This document shows positions 7,738-17,700 of a DNA stretch of 25,610 nt, piece after piece. Location: IMG/VR virus record IMGVR_UViG_3300035512_000435; one strand, written 5' to 3'. This stretch comes from a virus. Every line of letters begins with the position of its first letter. Positions within the stretch are counted from its first letter, which is position 1. The notes beneath the pieces are model-generated. The model was not told where the DNA came from and did no database searches. It was given only the letters and a program-made list of their open reading frames with translations. Made by a program: the position numbers and the translations under genes.

Positions 7738-10700
7738 TGGAAAATAACAACGGAGCTTTAGCTTTTGATGTACTTATCCGAGATAGCAATATAGAAGCCA
7801 TGCTCTCTAAGGATGAGCAGCGCATTATTGAGTTTAAGGAGACAACCGAAAGCAGCTCAAACGACATAGTAAGCAGCTTTGCCAACATAGGCAAGGCAGT
7901 GGCTGGGCTGGCAGTAACTGCCATGCTCAAAAGCTGGGTTACAGACATAATTGAGGTGCGTGGTCAGTTCCAGCAGCTTGAGATTGCGTTTGGCACAATG
8001 CTGGGCAGTGCAGAACAGGCTCAAAGCCTCATGGCACAGCTCACCAGCACGGCTGCCAGCACCCCATTTGACTTGCAGGGCATTGCTCAAGGAGCAAAGC
8101 AGTTGCTGGCTTATGGAGAGAGCGCAGACACGGTTAACGATACGCTTGTAAGGCTGGGTAACATTGCCAGTGGTTTGAGCATACCGTTGAACGACCTTGT
8201 TATGCTGTATGGCACAACAATGGTACAGGGCAGGCTCTACACGCAGGATGTAAGGCAGTTTATGGGGCGTGGTATTCCGTTGGTTAACGAGCTGGCTAAA
8301 TCAATGGGCAAAACTGCCACCGAGATTAACAACATGGTTACTGCTGGGCAAATTGGCTTCAAGGAGGTGCAAACTGTGTTGGAAAACCTCACAAACGAGG
8401 GTGGCATGTTCTATGGGCTTATGGAGGAGCAATCCAAGTCGCTCACAGGTCAAATCTCCAACCTTGAGGATGCATGGGATATGATGCTAAACGAGATAGG
8501 CACAAACATGCAGGGCGTGCTGTCGGGTGGCATTTCCACTGTAGCCTCACTTGTTGAGAACTATGATAAGTGCCTCAAGGTGCTGGGCACGCTTGCTGCA
8601 ACCTATGGCACGTACAAGGTGGCACTGGCTGCTGTAGCCATAGCTCAAAATAAGAGTACTGGCATGACCTTGATTGATAACATTGCACTCAAGGCACGCA
8701 CAGCCCTCATGGGCAGCCTTAATACCACCAACAAACTACAGGTGGCACAAAGTGGGTTGCTCACCACTGCACAACAGGCATACAACGTGGAGCTGGAAAA
8801 GGCTCTCACTCTGGAGCAGCAGGAAACGGTTTTGCGCAACCTCAAAACACAGGCGTTACAGGCGTTGCTCACAGAACAGCAGGCACTCTACTTGAGCCGT
8901 TTGCAGCTCACTGCTGGCACAGTAGAGTACATTGCAGCAGCAGAGGCAATACTTACAAACGACCAAAGGGAGGCACTGGCAAAGCAGAACCTCACACGCT
9001 CAAGCCAGCAGTACACTGTAGCCATTGAGCAAACCATCAGCGCACAGCAACAGCAAAATGCTGCACAGATAGCTGCATTGCGCACGGAGGCTGCCACGCT
9101 CAAGCAAAAGGAGGCAACGCTGCTACAGGAGTACAGAACGAGCCAAAACAAGATACAGCAAACACGTGTGCAAATTGCGCTGGCTACACAGGAGGGCGAA
9201 ACAGAGGCTGCTGCCATGCTCACCGAGCAGCAGCACAACCAGCTCAAGCAGCACAGCAACATTATCAGTGAGCTTAAAAGCACACGTTTGGCAAAGGAGG
9301 CTGCCACACAGAGGATAGCCACACTTGCCACGCAAAACGCCTCACTTGCAGGCAAACAAAAGGCTGCCAGCGATACAATGCAGACAGCCACCAGTGGCAT
9401 GTTGAGCACTGCCACCACGTTCCTCACCGCAAAGCTCAAGGCTCTGTGGGCTACGCTTGTTGCCAATCCCTTTACAGCCATTATCACGGCTGCCACCACG
9501 CTCATAAGCCTGTTTATGATGTTTGGCAAGCAGGAGGACACCAACACCAAAATTGCTGGCGAGTTCAATGATGCAGTATCGGAGAGCTACAGCAAAATGA
9601 ACCTGTGGTTCTCCATACTCAAAAACAGCTCTGCTGGCACTAAGGAGTACAACGATGCGCTCTCCAAAATTAATGCTATGTGTGATGAGTACCATTTAAC
9701 AATACTCAAAGAAAACTCTGCACTGGATGAGCAAATAGCCAAACACGATGAGTTAATTGAGGCGTTGGAGCGCACAACGGCTGCTAAAATTAAAGCAAAG
9801 TACATTGAGGAGGAGCAAACAAAGTTACAGGATAAGCAGAAGGAGCAACTTGAGGACTTAATTAGCGAGGCACAGAGCGCAACATATAAGCGTCTTGAGG
9901 AGACCAGCGTATATGCTGGGGATATTTACACCACTGCCTACAACTATGTTGAGCATGCCAGCGAAAACATTAACAACGCAACAGATGCGCTGTGGGCAAG
10001 TGTGCAGCTACGAGCCGTGCAGGGTTCGGAGGAATTGGCAAAGCTCACTGGTGAGGCGTATAACACAGCCCACGAGAAGCTTATTAGCGACATAATGCAG
10101 CGCATTAAAGAGACCACTGGTGCATCTGGTGAGGAGCTGGGAGCATTTAGAGAGGTTGTTGAGAAGTTTGTGGATAAAACCATTAAGGATGCGCAGGAGT
10201 GCAGCCTGCACGTTGCCCTCATTGAGCAGCAAGTGAGTGGCATGTTTGATGGCAACTACCTTGACCCAAACGACAAGCTCAATGACAAAATTGATATTAC
10301 CAAGTTGAGCCTTGAGGAGCTGCACAAACTGGCTGGGCAGCTCAATGGCTCAACCATTACCATTGAGTGCCAAACATACGGTTTTGACACAGCTTTGGAG
10401 TTGCTTAACGCTGTAAAAGATGAGATAGACACGCAGCAAAATAACCTCAATACAGAGAAAGGCATTAGTGATGAGATAACACGCCTCAAGGGGTTGCGCG
10501 AAAGTGCAGAGCTGGGCAGCACAGAGTGGAAAGAGTATAACAAGCAAATAACCACCCTGCAAGCCAAACTACCAAAAACAGGTAATGCAGCAGCCAGCGC
10601 AGCCAAAAAGGTTGCTGATGCAAGCAAAGCCATAGACCAAGCCATTGTGGATTTGGGCATTGAGGTAGAGGAGAGCAAGCTGGACACCATTAAAGATGGC

Positions 10701-12947
10701 TTTGAAAAACGCCAAAAGGAGCTGGAGGCACAGCACAAAAAGGAGCTGGCACGCATTGACAAGGAGCAAAAGGAGCTTGAGAAAAAGTACAAGGAGGCTA
10801 AAAAAGCCATGCCCCAAAGCGTGCAAAACCAGTTTGATGAGCTACGCAACAATGAGAATGCCAGCTATGAGATACAACAGAGCGAGCTGGTATCAACCGA
10901 AATAGAGGAGCGCAAAAAGCAATATGAGCGTTACTACAAGTGGATAAGCACGTATGGCGTTAACGCAGCCAACGAGCAATATTCTACGCTCATTGAGCAG
11001 GGCAACACCTACACTGCATGGCTTGAGGGCAAGATACAGGAGCTACGCAACAAAGCGCAGGCTAATGGTGGGCTTAATGAGGCTGACAGCAACGCTTATG
11101 TTGCCTACACCGATGAGCTAAACGAGGTTAAGGGTATCAAAACCGAAATGGATAAGTTCACCGAGAGCATAAACAAAGCCAAAGAGAACAGCAAAACGCT
11201 GGGCGATTACCTCACCACGCTGGCTAACAAAAAGCTGGAGCTGCAACAGGGCAAAGGTGGGCTAATTGGCGAGGATAGAGCCAAAGCCATACAGGAGGTG
11301 GATAAGCAGATAACCGAAACCACGGAGGAGCTGCAAAGGCAGTTGCTGCAAACCTACCAAACCAATGCCCAGTTACGCCTTGAAACAGAACGCAAGTATG
11401 ATCAAGAAATAACATGGCTCAAGCAACATGGCTACACAGCACAGGCAGAGGTTGCAGAAAAGGCAAAGCGCAAAGCCATTGCAGAGGTAGAGGCAACACG
11501 CATACAAAGCACAGATAGCTGGAAAAAGCTGTTTGCCGATGCACAGTACTTGAGCAGTGGGGCTTTTGATGAGCTGGTAAAGAGCCTACGCAAACAGGTT
11601 GAGCAAATTGGCGATGTTGATGTAAAAAGGCAGTTGAGCGACCAGTTAGATGATTTGGAGAAGCAGATAACAGGCTCTAAGAACCCATTTAAGCTACTGG
11701 TTAACTCCATCAAAGCCTACAACGCAGCAGTTGATGGCACAACCGATAAGAGCAAAAAGTTCTCAAAAATGTTTGAGAGCATTGCCGATAGCATAGACTT
11801 TGTAAAAGAGGGCTTTGATAACGTTGTCGGTGGCTTAAAGGAGCTGGGGCTTGCTGGCGATGAGGTAACGCAGGAAATGCTGGAGGATGTAAGCAAAATG
11901 ATGGAGGGCGCAAGCCAGTTGGCAAAAGGCATAAGCACCTCCAACCCGATGGATATACTCTCTGGTGGCATAAGCCTCATTACAAGTGCGCTCTCACTCT
12001 TTGACAGCACCAGCAGGCGCATAAAAAAAGAGATGAAACAGCACGAGAAGCAGCTCACCGTGTTGCAACGCCTCTATAGCCAAATCTCATGGAACGTGGA
12101 CAATGCTGTTGGTGAGGACTACTACACCGAGCAGCAAAAAGCCATAGAGAACTTGAAAAAGCAGCAGGAGGAGTATGAGAAGTTGGCAGAGCTTGAGCAG
12201 AGCAAAAAGAGTAAAGACCGAGACGATGATAAGGTGCAGGAGTATTTGGCAAACGCAGAGCAGGCTGCACGTGATATAGCCGACATAGAGCAGGAGATAA
12301 CCGAAACGCTGGTGCAAACCAACTTTAAGGATTTGGCAAATGATTTGGCTGATGCATGGGCTGATGCGTTTAGCGACATGGAGGATAGCGCAGAGAGCTT
12401 TGACGAGGTATGGAACGAAACCATAGCCAACGCAGTTAAAAACTCTCTCAAGCTAAAGCTCATAGAGCCTATTGTGAGCGATTTTACCAATGAGCTTGCA
12501 ACCTACATGGGAGCGCACAACAACAGCGTTGAGGGCTTTGATTTTGCCAAATGGAAGAAAATGTTGCAATCGGCTGGAGAGGCTTTTACAGAGGGCTTAT
12601 CTGGTTTTGAGGAGTATTTCCAAGACTTGAGCGATGCAACAGATGATGCCTCTGAAACGCTTGAGGGTTCAATACAGGGCTGTAGCGAGGACACAGCAAG
12701 CGTGGTTGCTGGTGAAATGACTACAATGCGCATACGCCAAATGGAAATGCTGGTTGTAGGGCAAGGCATACAGAGCAGCTTGCAGAACGTGGAGAACAAT
12801 GTTAAGCAGGCTCTCACCTACCTCTCTGCCATCAACAGCAACACAGGGGCTACAAATACCCATTTGCAGGGCATTGTTACCCAGTTGAACGATATTAAAA
12901 CAACCATAGCGAGTGACCCATTACGAGCTAAAGGGTACACCTCCTAA
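7737..12947 (+). CDS. Tail tape measure protein
   Basis: 1736 aa, coiled-coil rich. N-terminal segment VRGQFQQLEIAFGTMLGSAEQAQSLMAQLTSTAASTPFDLQGIAQGAKQLLAYG is typical of tape-measure proteins. GTG start. Confidence 0.92.
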   Translation: MENNNGALAFDVLIRDSNIEAMLSKDEQRIIEFKETTESSSNDIVSSFANIGKAVAGLAVTAMLKSWVTDIIEVRGQFQQLEIAFGTMLGSAEQAQSLMAQLTSTAASTPFDLQGIAQGAKQLLAYGESADTVNDTLVRLGNIASGLSIPLNDLVMLYGTTMVQGRLYTQDVRQFMGRGIPLVNELAKSMGKTATEINNMVTAGQIGFKEVQTVLENLTNEGGMFYGLMEEQSKSLTGQISNLEDAWDMMLNEIGTNMQGVLSGGISTVASLVENYDKCLKVLGTLAATYGTYKVALAAVAIAQNKSTGMTLIDNIALKARTALMGSLNTTNKLQVAQSGLLTTAQQAYNVELEKALTLEQQETVLRNLKTQALQALLTEQQALYLSRLQLTAGTVEYIAAAEAILTNDQREALAKQNLTRSSQQYTVAIEQTISAQQQQNAAQIAALRTEAATLKQKEATLLQEYRTSQNKIQQTRVQIALATQEGETEAAAMLTEQQHNQLKQHSNIISELKSTRLAKEAATQRIATLATQNASLAGKQKAASDTMQTATSGMLSTATTFLTAKLKALWATLVANPFTAIITAATTLISLFMMFGKQEDTNTKIAGEFNDAVSESYSKMNLWFSILKNSSAGTKEYNDALSKINAMCDEYHLTILKENSALDEQIAKHDELIEALERTTAAKIKAKYIEEEQTKLQDKQKEQLEDLISEAQSATYKRLEETSVYAGDIYTTAYNYVEHASENINNATDALWASVQLRAVQGSEELAKLTGEAYNTAHEKLISDIMQRIKETTGASGEELGAFREVVEKFVDKTIKDAQECSLHVALIEQQVSGMFDGNYLDPNDKLNDKIDITKLSLEELHKLAGQLNGSTITIECQTYGFDTALELLNAVKDEIDTQQNNLNTEKGISDEITRLKGLRESAELGSTEWKEYNKQITTLQAKLPKTGNAAASAAKKVADASKAIDQAIVDLGIEVEESKLDTIKDGFEKRQKELEAQHKKELARIDKEQKELEKKYKEAKKAMPQSVQNQFDELRNNENASYEIQQSELVSTEIEERKKQYERYYKWISTYGVNAANEQYSTLIEQGNTYTAWLEGKIQELRNKAQANGGLNEADSNAYVAYTDELNEVKGIKTEMDKFTESINKAKENSKTLGDYLTTLANKKLELQQGKGGLIGEDRAKAIQEVDKQITETTEELQRQLLQTYQTNAQLRLETERKYDQEITWLKQHGYTAQAEVAEKAKRKAIAEVEATRIQSTDSWKKLFADAQYLSSGAFDELVKSLRKQVEQIGDVDVKRQLSDQLDDLEKQITGSKNPFKLLVNSIKAYNAAVDGTTDKSKKFSKMFESIADSIDFVKEGFDNVVGGLKELGLAGDEVTQEMLEDVSKMMEGASQLAKGISTSNPMDILSGGISLITSALSLFDSTSRRIKKEMKQHEKQLTVLQRLYSQISWNVDNAVGEDYYTEQQKAIENLKKQQEEYEKLAELEQSKKSKDRDDDKVQEYLANAEQAARDIADIEQEITETLVQTNFKDLANDLADAWADAFSDMEDSAESFDEVWNETIANAVKNSLKLKLIEPIVSDFTNELATYMGAHNNSVEGFDFAKWKKMLQSAGEAFTEGLSGFEEYFQDLSDATDDASETLEGSIQGCSEDTASVVAGEMTTMRIRQMEMLVVGQGIQSSLQNVENNVKQALTYLSAINSNTGATNTHLQGIVTQLNDIKTTIASDPLRAKGYTS

Positions 12948-12960
12948 AACAACGTAGAGC

Positions 12961-13476
12961 ATGGAACGATTAACAGAGTTAAAACGGCTCATGGAGCAAG
13001 GGCACTGTGTGGAGAGTGTGAGCATGGTGCACAATAGCCACAACAGCACGGCTAAACTTGTGAGCACGTACTTTTACTACATAAAGGAGTGCATTAAAAA
13101 GGACTTCCCGAAGCTCCCATTTATGCGCTCCTACATGGGCAGTGCTGCTGCAAAGTATGGTGGCTTTATTGACACCGTTGGCGAGGTAGTACCGCTAAAG
13201 CGCAATGCCTTTATAGGCAACTGCAATGTGAGCTTTACAAGCTCCAAATATAACATACACCTGTGCTGGGTAAGGCATGAGAGCAAGCTAAAGGTTGTGG
13301 CTACAGACCACAGCCATGTGCATATTGATTGCTTTGAGGACAGCAGTGTGGAGGTGTTTGTTGCCAGCCCCAGTGCCAAAGTAACCATAAACCAGTATGG
13401 CAACAGCCATGTGGAGGTAAAAGGGCATGTAGAGCAAGCAACGTGCAAACTACATGATACAGAAACTTATAAATAA
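12961..13476 (+). CDS. Hypothetical tail-associated protein with His/Ser/Val-rich C-terminal repeats
   Basis: 171 aa open frame between the tape measure and the LamG gene. Confidence 0.6.
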   Translation: MERLTELKRLMEQGHCVESVSMVHNSHNSTAKLVSTYFYYIKECIKKDFPKLPFMRSYMGSAAAKYGGFIDTVGEVVPLKRNAFIGNCNVSFTSSKYNIHLCWVRHESKLKVVATDHSHVHIDCFEDSSVEVFVASPSAKVTINQYGNSHVEVKGHVEQATCKLHDTETYK

Positions 13477-13483
13477 CACTACA

Positions 13484-14731
13484 ATGGCACAAGACCAATA
13501 TTTAGTATTACACCTGCCCTTTGATGAGGCAGACGGAGCTACTACCACATACGATTACAGCTCCAACCGTGCAGACGGTGTGGTAACGGATGTGCATTTT
13601 GAGGCTGGCAAGCAGGGCAACTGCATTGTGTATGATGGCACAGGCAAATGCGAGATAAGCCCCTCTGTGCTTAACCTCAATGGCAGCTTTACAATTTGTG
13701 CATGGGTAAAGCTGCACGAGGTGAGCGACCAGCTAATTGTACTGGTTAACTACAATGGCACGAACCATTACTACCAGTGCACACTGGATGTAAATGCAGA
13801 TACGTGGTACTACTTGAGCATTACACGTGATGGCAGCACAATTTGCATTTACCTAAACGGCTCTTTGCTGCAAAGAGCCGTTGTGCCCAGCGACTATGGC
13901 AACCCTGTAGGCGTAAGCGTGGCGCAGGATTGCTACAACACCGAGCTGGGGCATGGTTGTGTTGATGAGCTGAAAATTTACCAGAAATGCCTCTCACAAA
14001 CGGAGCTTGTGGAGGAGCTGGACAGCGTAAAGCAGTTGGCATACCTGCTTGATGGCGTAGATTTCACCACCTATGGCGTGCATGTGAGCAAAGCCAAAGG
14101 GTTGTTTGATGGGCTGAAAATGAAAGAGCCTCTAAAGGTAGAGTTTGATGGCTACCACGGTGAAGCCGTTGACCTCTCCCGACCACGCTATGAGGCAAGA
14201 GACATTACGCTGGAGTGCTTTATCCACGTTGAGGGTGGCAAAATGGCGTTTATCCAAGCTGCACAGGCATTCATTGAGCAATTCAACGCCAAACACACAG
14301 CAGCAACGCCCCTGCCAGCCGAACTGGTACAGGCTGGGCTGCACCGCCTAACGGTGGATATACACCCGACTAAGGCTCTGGTGTATGAGGTTTACCTGCC
14401 CGATGGCTTGAGCATTGACAAGGAGTGGAACGACAGCAAAATGACTGGCACGTTTACACTCACCTTGAGAGAGCCAGAGCCTGTAAAGCGAGTGCTCAAG
14501 CACATGCGCACCAGCGAGAGCAACCAAGAGGTAAGCATTACACTCACCAGCACCAAGCTGCTCAACATTTACTGGGGTGATGGCACAACCACACAGGATG
14601 TGAGTGGCACGGATGTAACCATTACTCACTCATACGCAGAGAATGGCGAGTACTACGTAATTGTTACTGGCGTAATTGAGGAGATTGAGGCATTTAGCAC
14701 CAACGCGATTGTAGTATGGCAAAAATTATAA
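13484..14731 (+). CDS. LamG/concanavalin-like domain tail protein
   Basis: Track ORF starts at 13454, but MAQDQYLVLHLPFDEADG... at 13484 is the more natural start. LHLPFDE...SFTICAWVKL...WYYLSITRDGSTICIYLNGSLLQ...ELGHGCVDELKIYQKCLSQTE is LamG_3-like. Confidence 0.75.
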   Translation: MAQDQYLVLHLPFDEADGATTTYDYSSNRADGVVTDVHFEAGKQGNCIVYDGTGKCEISPSVLNLNGSFTICAWVKLHEVSDQLIVLVNYNGTNHYYQCTLDVNADTWYYLSITRDGSTICIYLNGSLLQRAVVPSDYGNPVGVSVAQDCYNTELGHGCVDELKIYQKCLSQTELVEELDSVKQLAYLLDGVDFTTYGVHVSKAKGLFDGLKMKEPLKVEFDGYHGEAVDLSRPRYEARDITLECFIHVEGGKMAFIQAAQAFIEQFNAKHTAATPLPAELVQAGLHRLTVDIHPTKALVYEVYLPDGLSIDKEWNDSKMTGTFTLTLREPEPVKRVLKHMRTSESNQEVSITLTSTKLLNIYWGDGTTTQDVSGTDVTITHSYAENGEYYVIVTGVIEEIEAFSTNAIVVWQKL

Positions 14732-17700
14732 TCAAAAAGCGTAATGGTGATGTGCGTTGCACCCTTGACAGCTTCGCAAAGCTCTGCACCGTAAAAAGTG
14801 CAGAGCAAAAGCGTGAGCTGCTGGGCGAGGACACCGTTACCATTAAGACGGAGAGCGCAACACCAATGGAGCTTTCCGTGGGCGATTACATTGAGATATA
14901 TGGCAGCAAGTACACCCTTAACAAGATTAACGAGCCAACAAAAACAGGCGAACGCAACTTTGAGAACAGCATGGTTTTTGAGGGCTTGCAGTACAAGCTG
15001 CTTGATGCGCAGTTCCGCAATGCAGATGCAGCAGGCAAGAACCCTACAGCCGATTTTAGTATTGTGGCAGATGTAAAGCTGCTCATGCAGTTGCTCATTA
15101 CCAATGTTAACCGAGTGGCAAAATCGCTGGGTGAGCAATGGGAGCTGGGCGATTGCCCCGAAACGGAGTACACAGACTACACCTTCAGCAACCAAAACTG
15201 CTTGAGCGTATTGCAGAGCACTTGCAGCGATAACGACCTTGAGTTTGAGATTGAGGCAGTGGACTCAACACACTTTAAGCTGCACATACGCAAAATTGGC
15301 AAGCTCTTCCCAGCCTCATTTACCTTTGGCAAGGGAGGCAGCATTTACAAGCTCACACGCAAAAATGTGAGCAGCAACGACATTATTACACGCCTGTACA
15401 TTGAGGGTGGCACACGCAACATTACGAGCAAATACCGTGATGGTGCTACACGCTTGCGCATTGGCGATAATGAGGAGAGCTATGTGGAGAACGAAACAGC
15501 CATTGCAGCGTTTGGCGTAAAGGAGGGCAGCAAAACCTACGATGATATTTACCCACACAGAACAGGCAAGGTTACTGCCATTGTGGAGGGCAAGCCATTG
15601 CAATTTGTGGATGAGGAGATGTTTGACCTCAATGAAAAAGATGAGGAGGGCAACACCAAGTACCTCATTGACAGCACCACTGCAAAGCTCAAGTTTACTA
15701 AAGGTAATTTGGCTGGCTACCAGTTTGAGATAAGCAAATTTGATAGTGCGACCAAAACCTTTACCATTAACCAGTACGAGGATAGCCGTGGGCTTAAAAT
15801 ACCTATGGCAGGCAGCGCATACACCATTGAGAAAGATGCAGAGTACGTGCTGCTGGATATTGTTATGCCAGATGATCCATACGTTGTTGACGCAGAGGCA
15901 GAGCTACTGGAGGCAGGCAAAGCTGATTTGGAGGAGGATAGCCAGCCCAAAGTAGAGTACGAGCTTGAGCTGTCTTCACTGGAGCTAAAGCGCAAGTTTG
16001 GCAGCGAGGTGGGCACGGTTAACCTGTTTGACATTGGCGATTACCTGCCCATTAAAGACCCCGACATAAACGTTGATAAGGCAATACGCATTAAAGCCTT
16101 TACGAGGGATTGCTACAGCGATGAGTACAAGTACAAACTCACTCTGGGCGATACTGTAGAGGTGAGCCTTATAGAACGCCTCATAGAGGACAACGAGGAG
16201 TTTGGCAAAATCATTGAGATAAACAACCTTGCCGACCTTGCAAAGGCACGCATGAACTGGCGTACCACACAGGAGCTGCTGGGCATGGTATTTGATGGCG
16301 ATGGCTATTTTGATGCAAGCAACATACGCCCCAGCTCCATTGAAACGCTAATGTTAAGCGTTGGCAACCGTGCTGGGCAATTCTCGCTGCTCAATGTTAT
16401 TATTGAGGCAAATGCAACAGTAAGTGGCACGCCAAATGCCAACTATGTAAAGATAAGCAGTGGCACGCTCATACACTATGCCATTGAGGAGACCGACCGC
16501 ACATGGAGCATGAGCAGTCGCAGCTTTACACTCACCAGCAATGCAGCCATGTACGTGTATGCACGCTGCCTCAAAAATGGCAAGACAGGAGACTTTGTTA
16601 TTAGCACGGAGCGTTTCGCAACAGATACAGGCAGCTACTACTACTTCCAAATTGGCATACTCTCCAGCGTTTACAACGGCTACAGAGAGCTTACAACAAC
16701 CTATGGAGCAACACGCATTACAGGGCGTTGTATCAACTGTGGCAAAATTGAGAGCATTGACAAAAGCACCTACTTTGACCTTGATAATGGTGAGATTGGT
16801 GGCAAAATTAAGTTTGTTAACTCCAATGGTGAGCTGGTAAACATAACCGATTTGGAGCAGCAGCTTAACAACACTGGCACTTCTCTGGGAGAGTTAAGCG
16901 ACCTTGTGGATAGCTTGCAGGAGCAGGTAGATGGCACTATTGAGTACTGGTTTGGTACAGAAGAACCCACACTAACAAACGAACCAGCCTCACAGTGGAC
17001 TGATGATGATACCAAAGCAACGCACATGGGCGATATATACACCAACACCACAACTGGGCTTGAGTACAGGTTTAGCAGGCAAGGCTCAAGCTCAACTGTA
17101 AATGGTGAGCTGGTGCGCAAGTGGACATACTACTGGCAGGAAGTGCCCAGCAGTGGTATTGGGCAAGCCATTAAGACCGCAAATGAGGCACTGGGGCTTG
17201 CTGGCACAAAGAGCCACACATGGGTTACGGCAAGCTACAGCACACACCCCGATGGCGAGTACAAAAAAGGTGATTTGTGGATAACGCTCAATGATTTCAA
17301 AATACGTATTGCCATAAACGACCGAGGCACAGCATGGGCTGCTGCTGACTGGAAAGAGGCTGGCTACTCTGATGATACCAAAGCAAATGAGGCGTTGAGC
17401 GCATTGCAGGCATTGGCAGATGATAGCATTATCACGCCCACGGAGAAAATAATGCTCAAAGATGAGATGGAGAACCTAAAGGTTGACTACTCAACTGTAA
17501 AGGCTCAAGCACAGTTAGCTGGTATCTCCACAACCGCCTTTGATGCAGCATACTCTACGCTGCTTGTGTACACCAGCAATATACTGGCAGACATGACCGT
17601 TAACACCACGGTTGAAAAAGCGACCTACAACACCTTATTTGCAGCCTATTACACCGAGCGCACAAAGCTGCTGGATGCAATAAGCAAGGGCTATGTTGAT

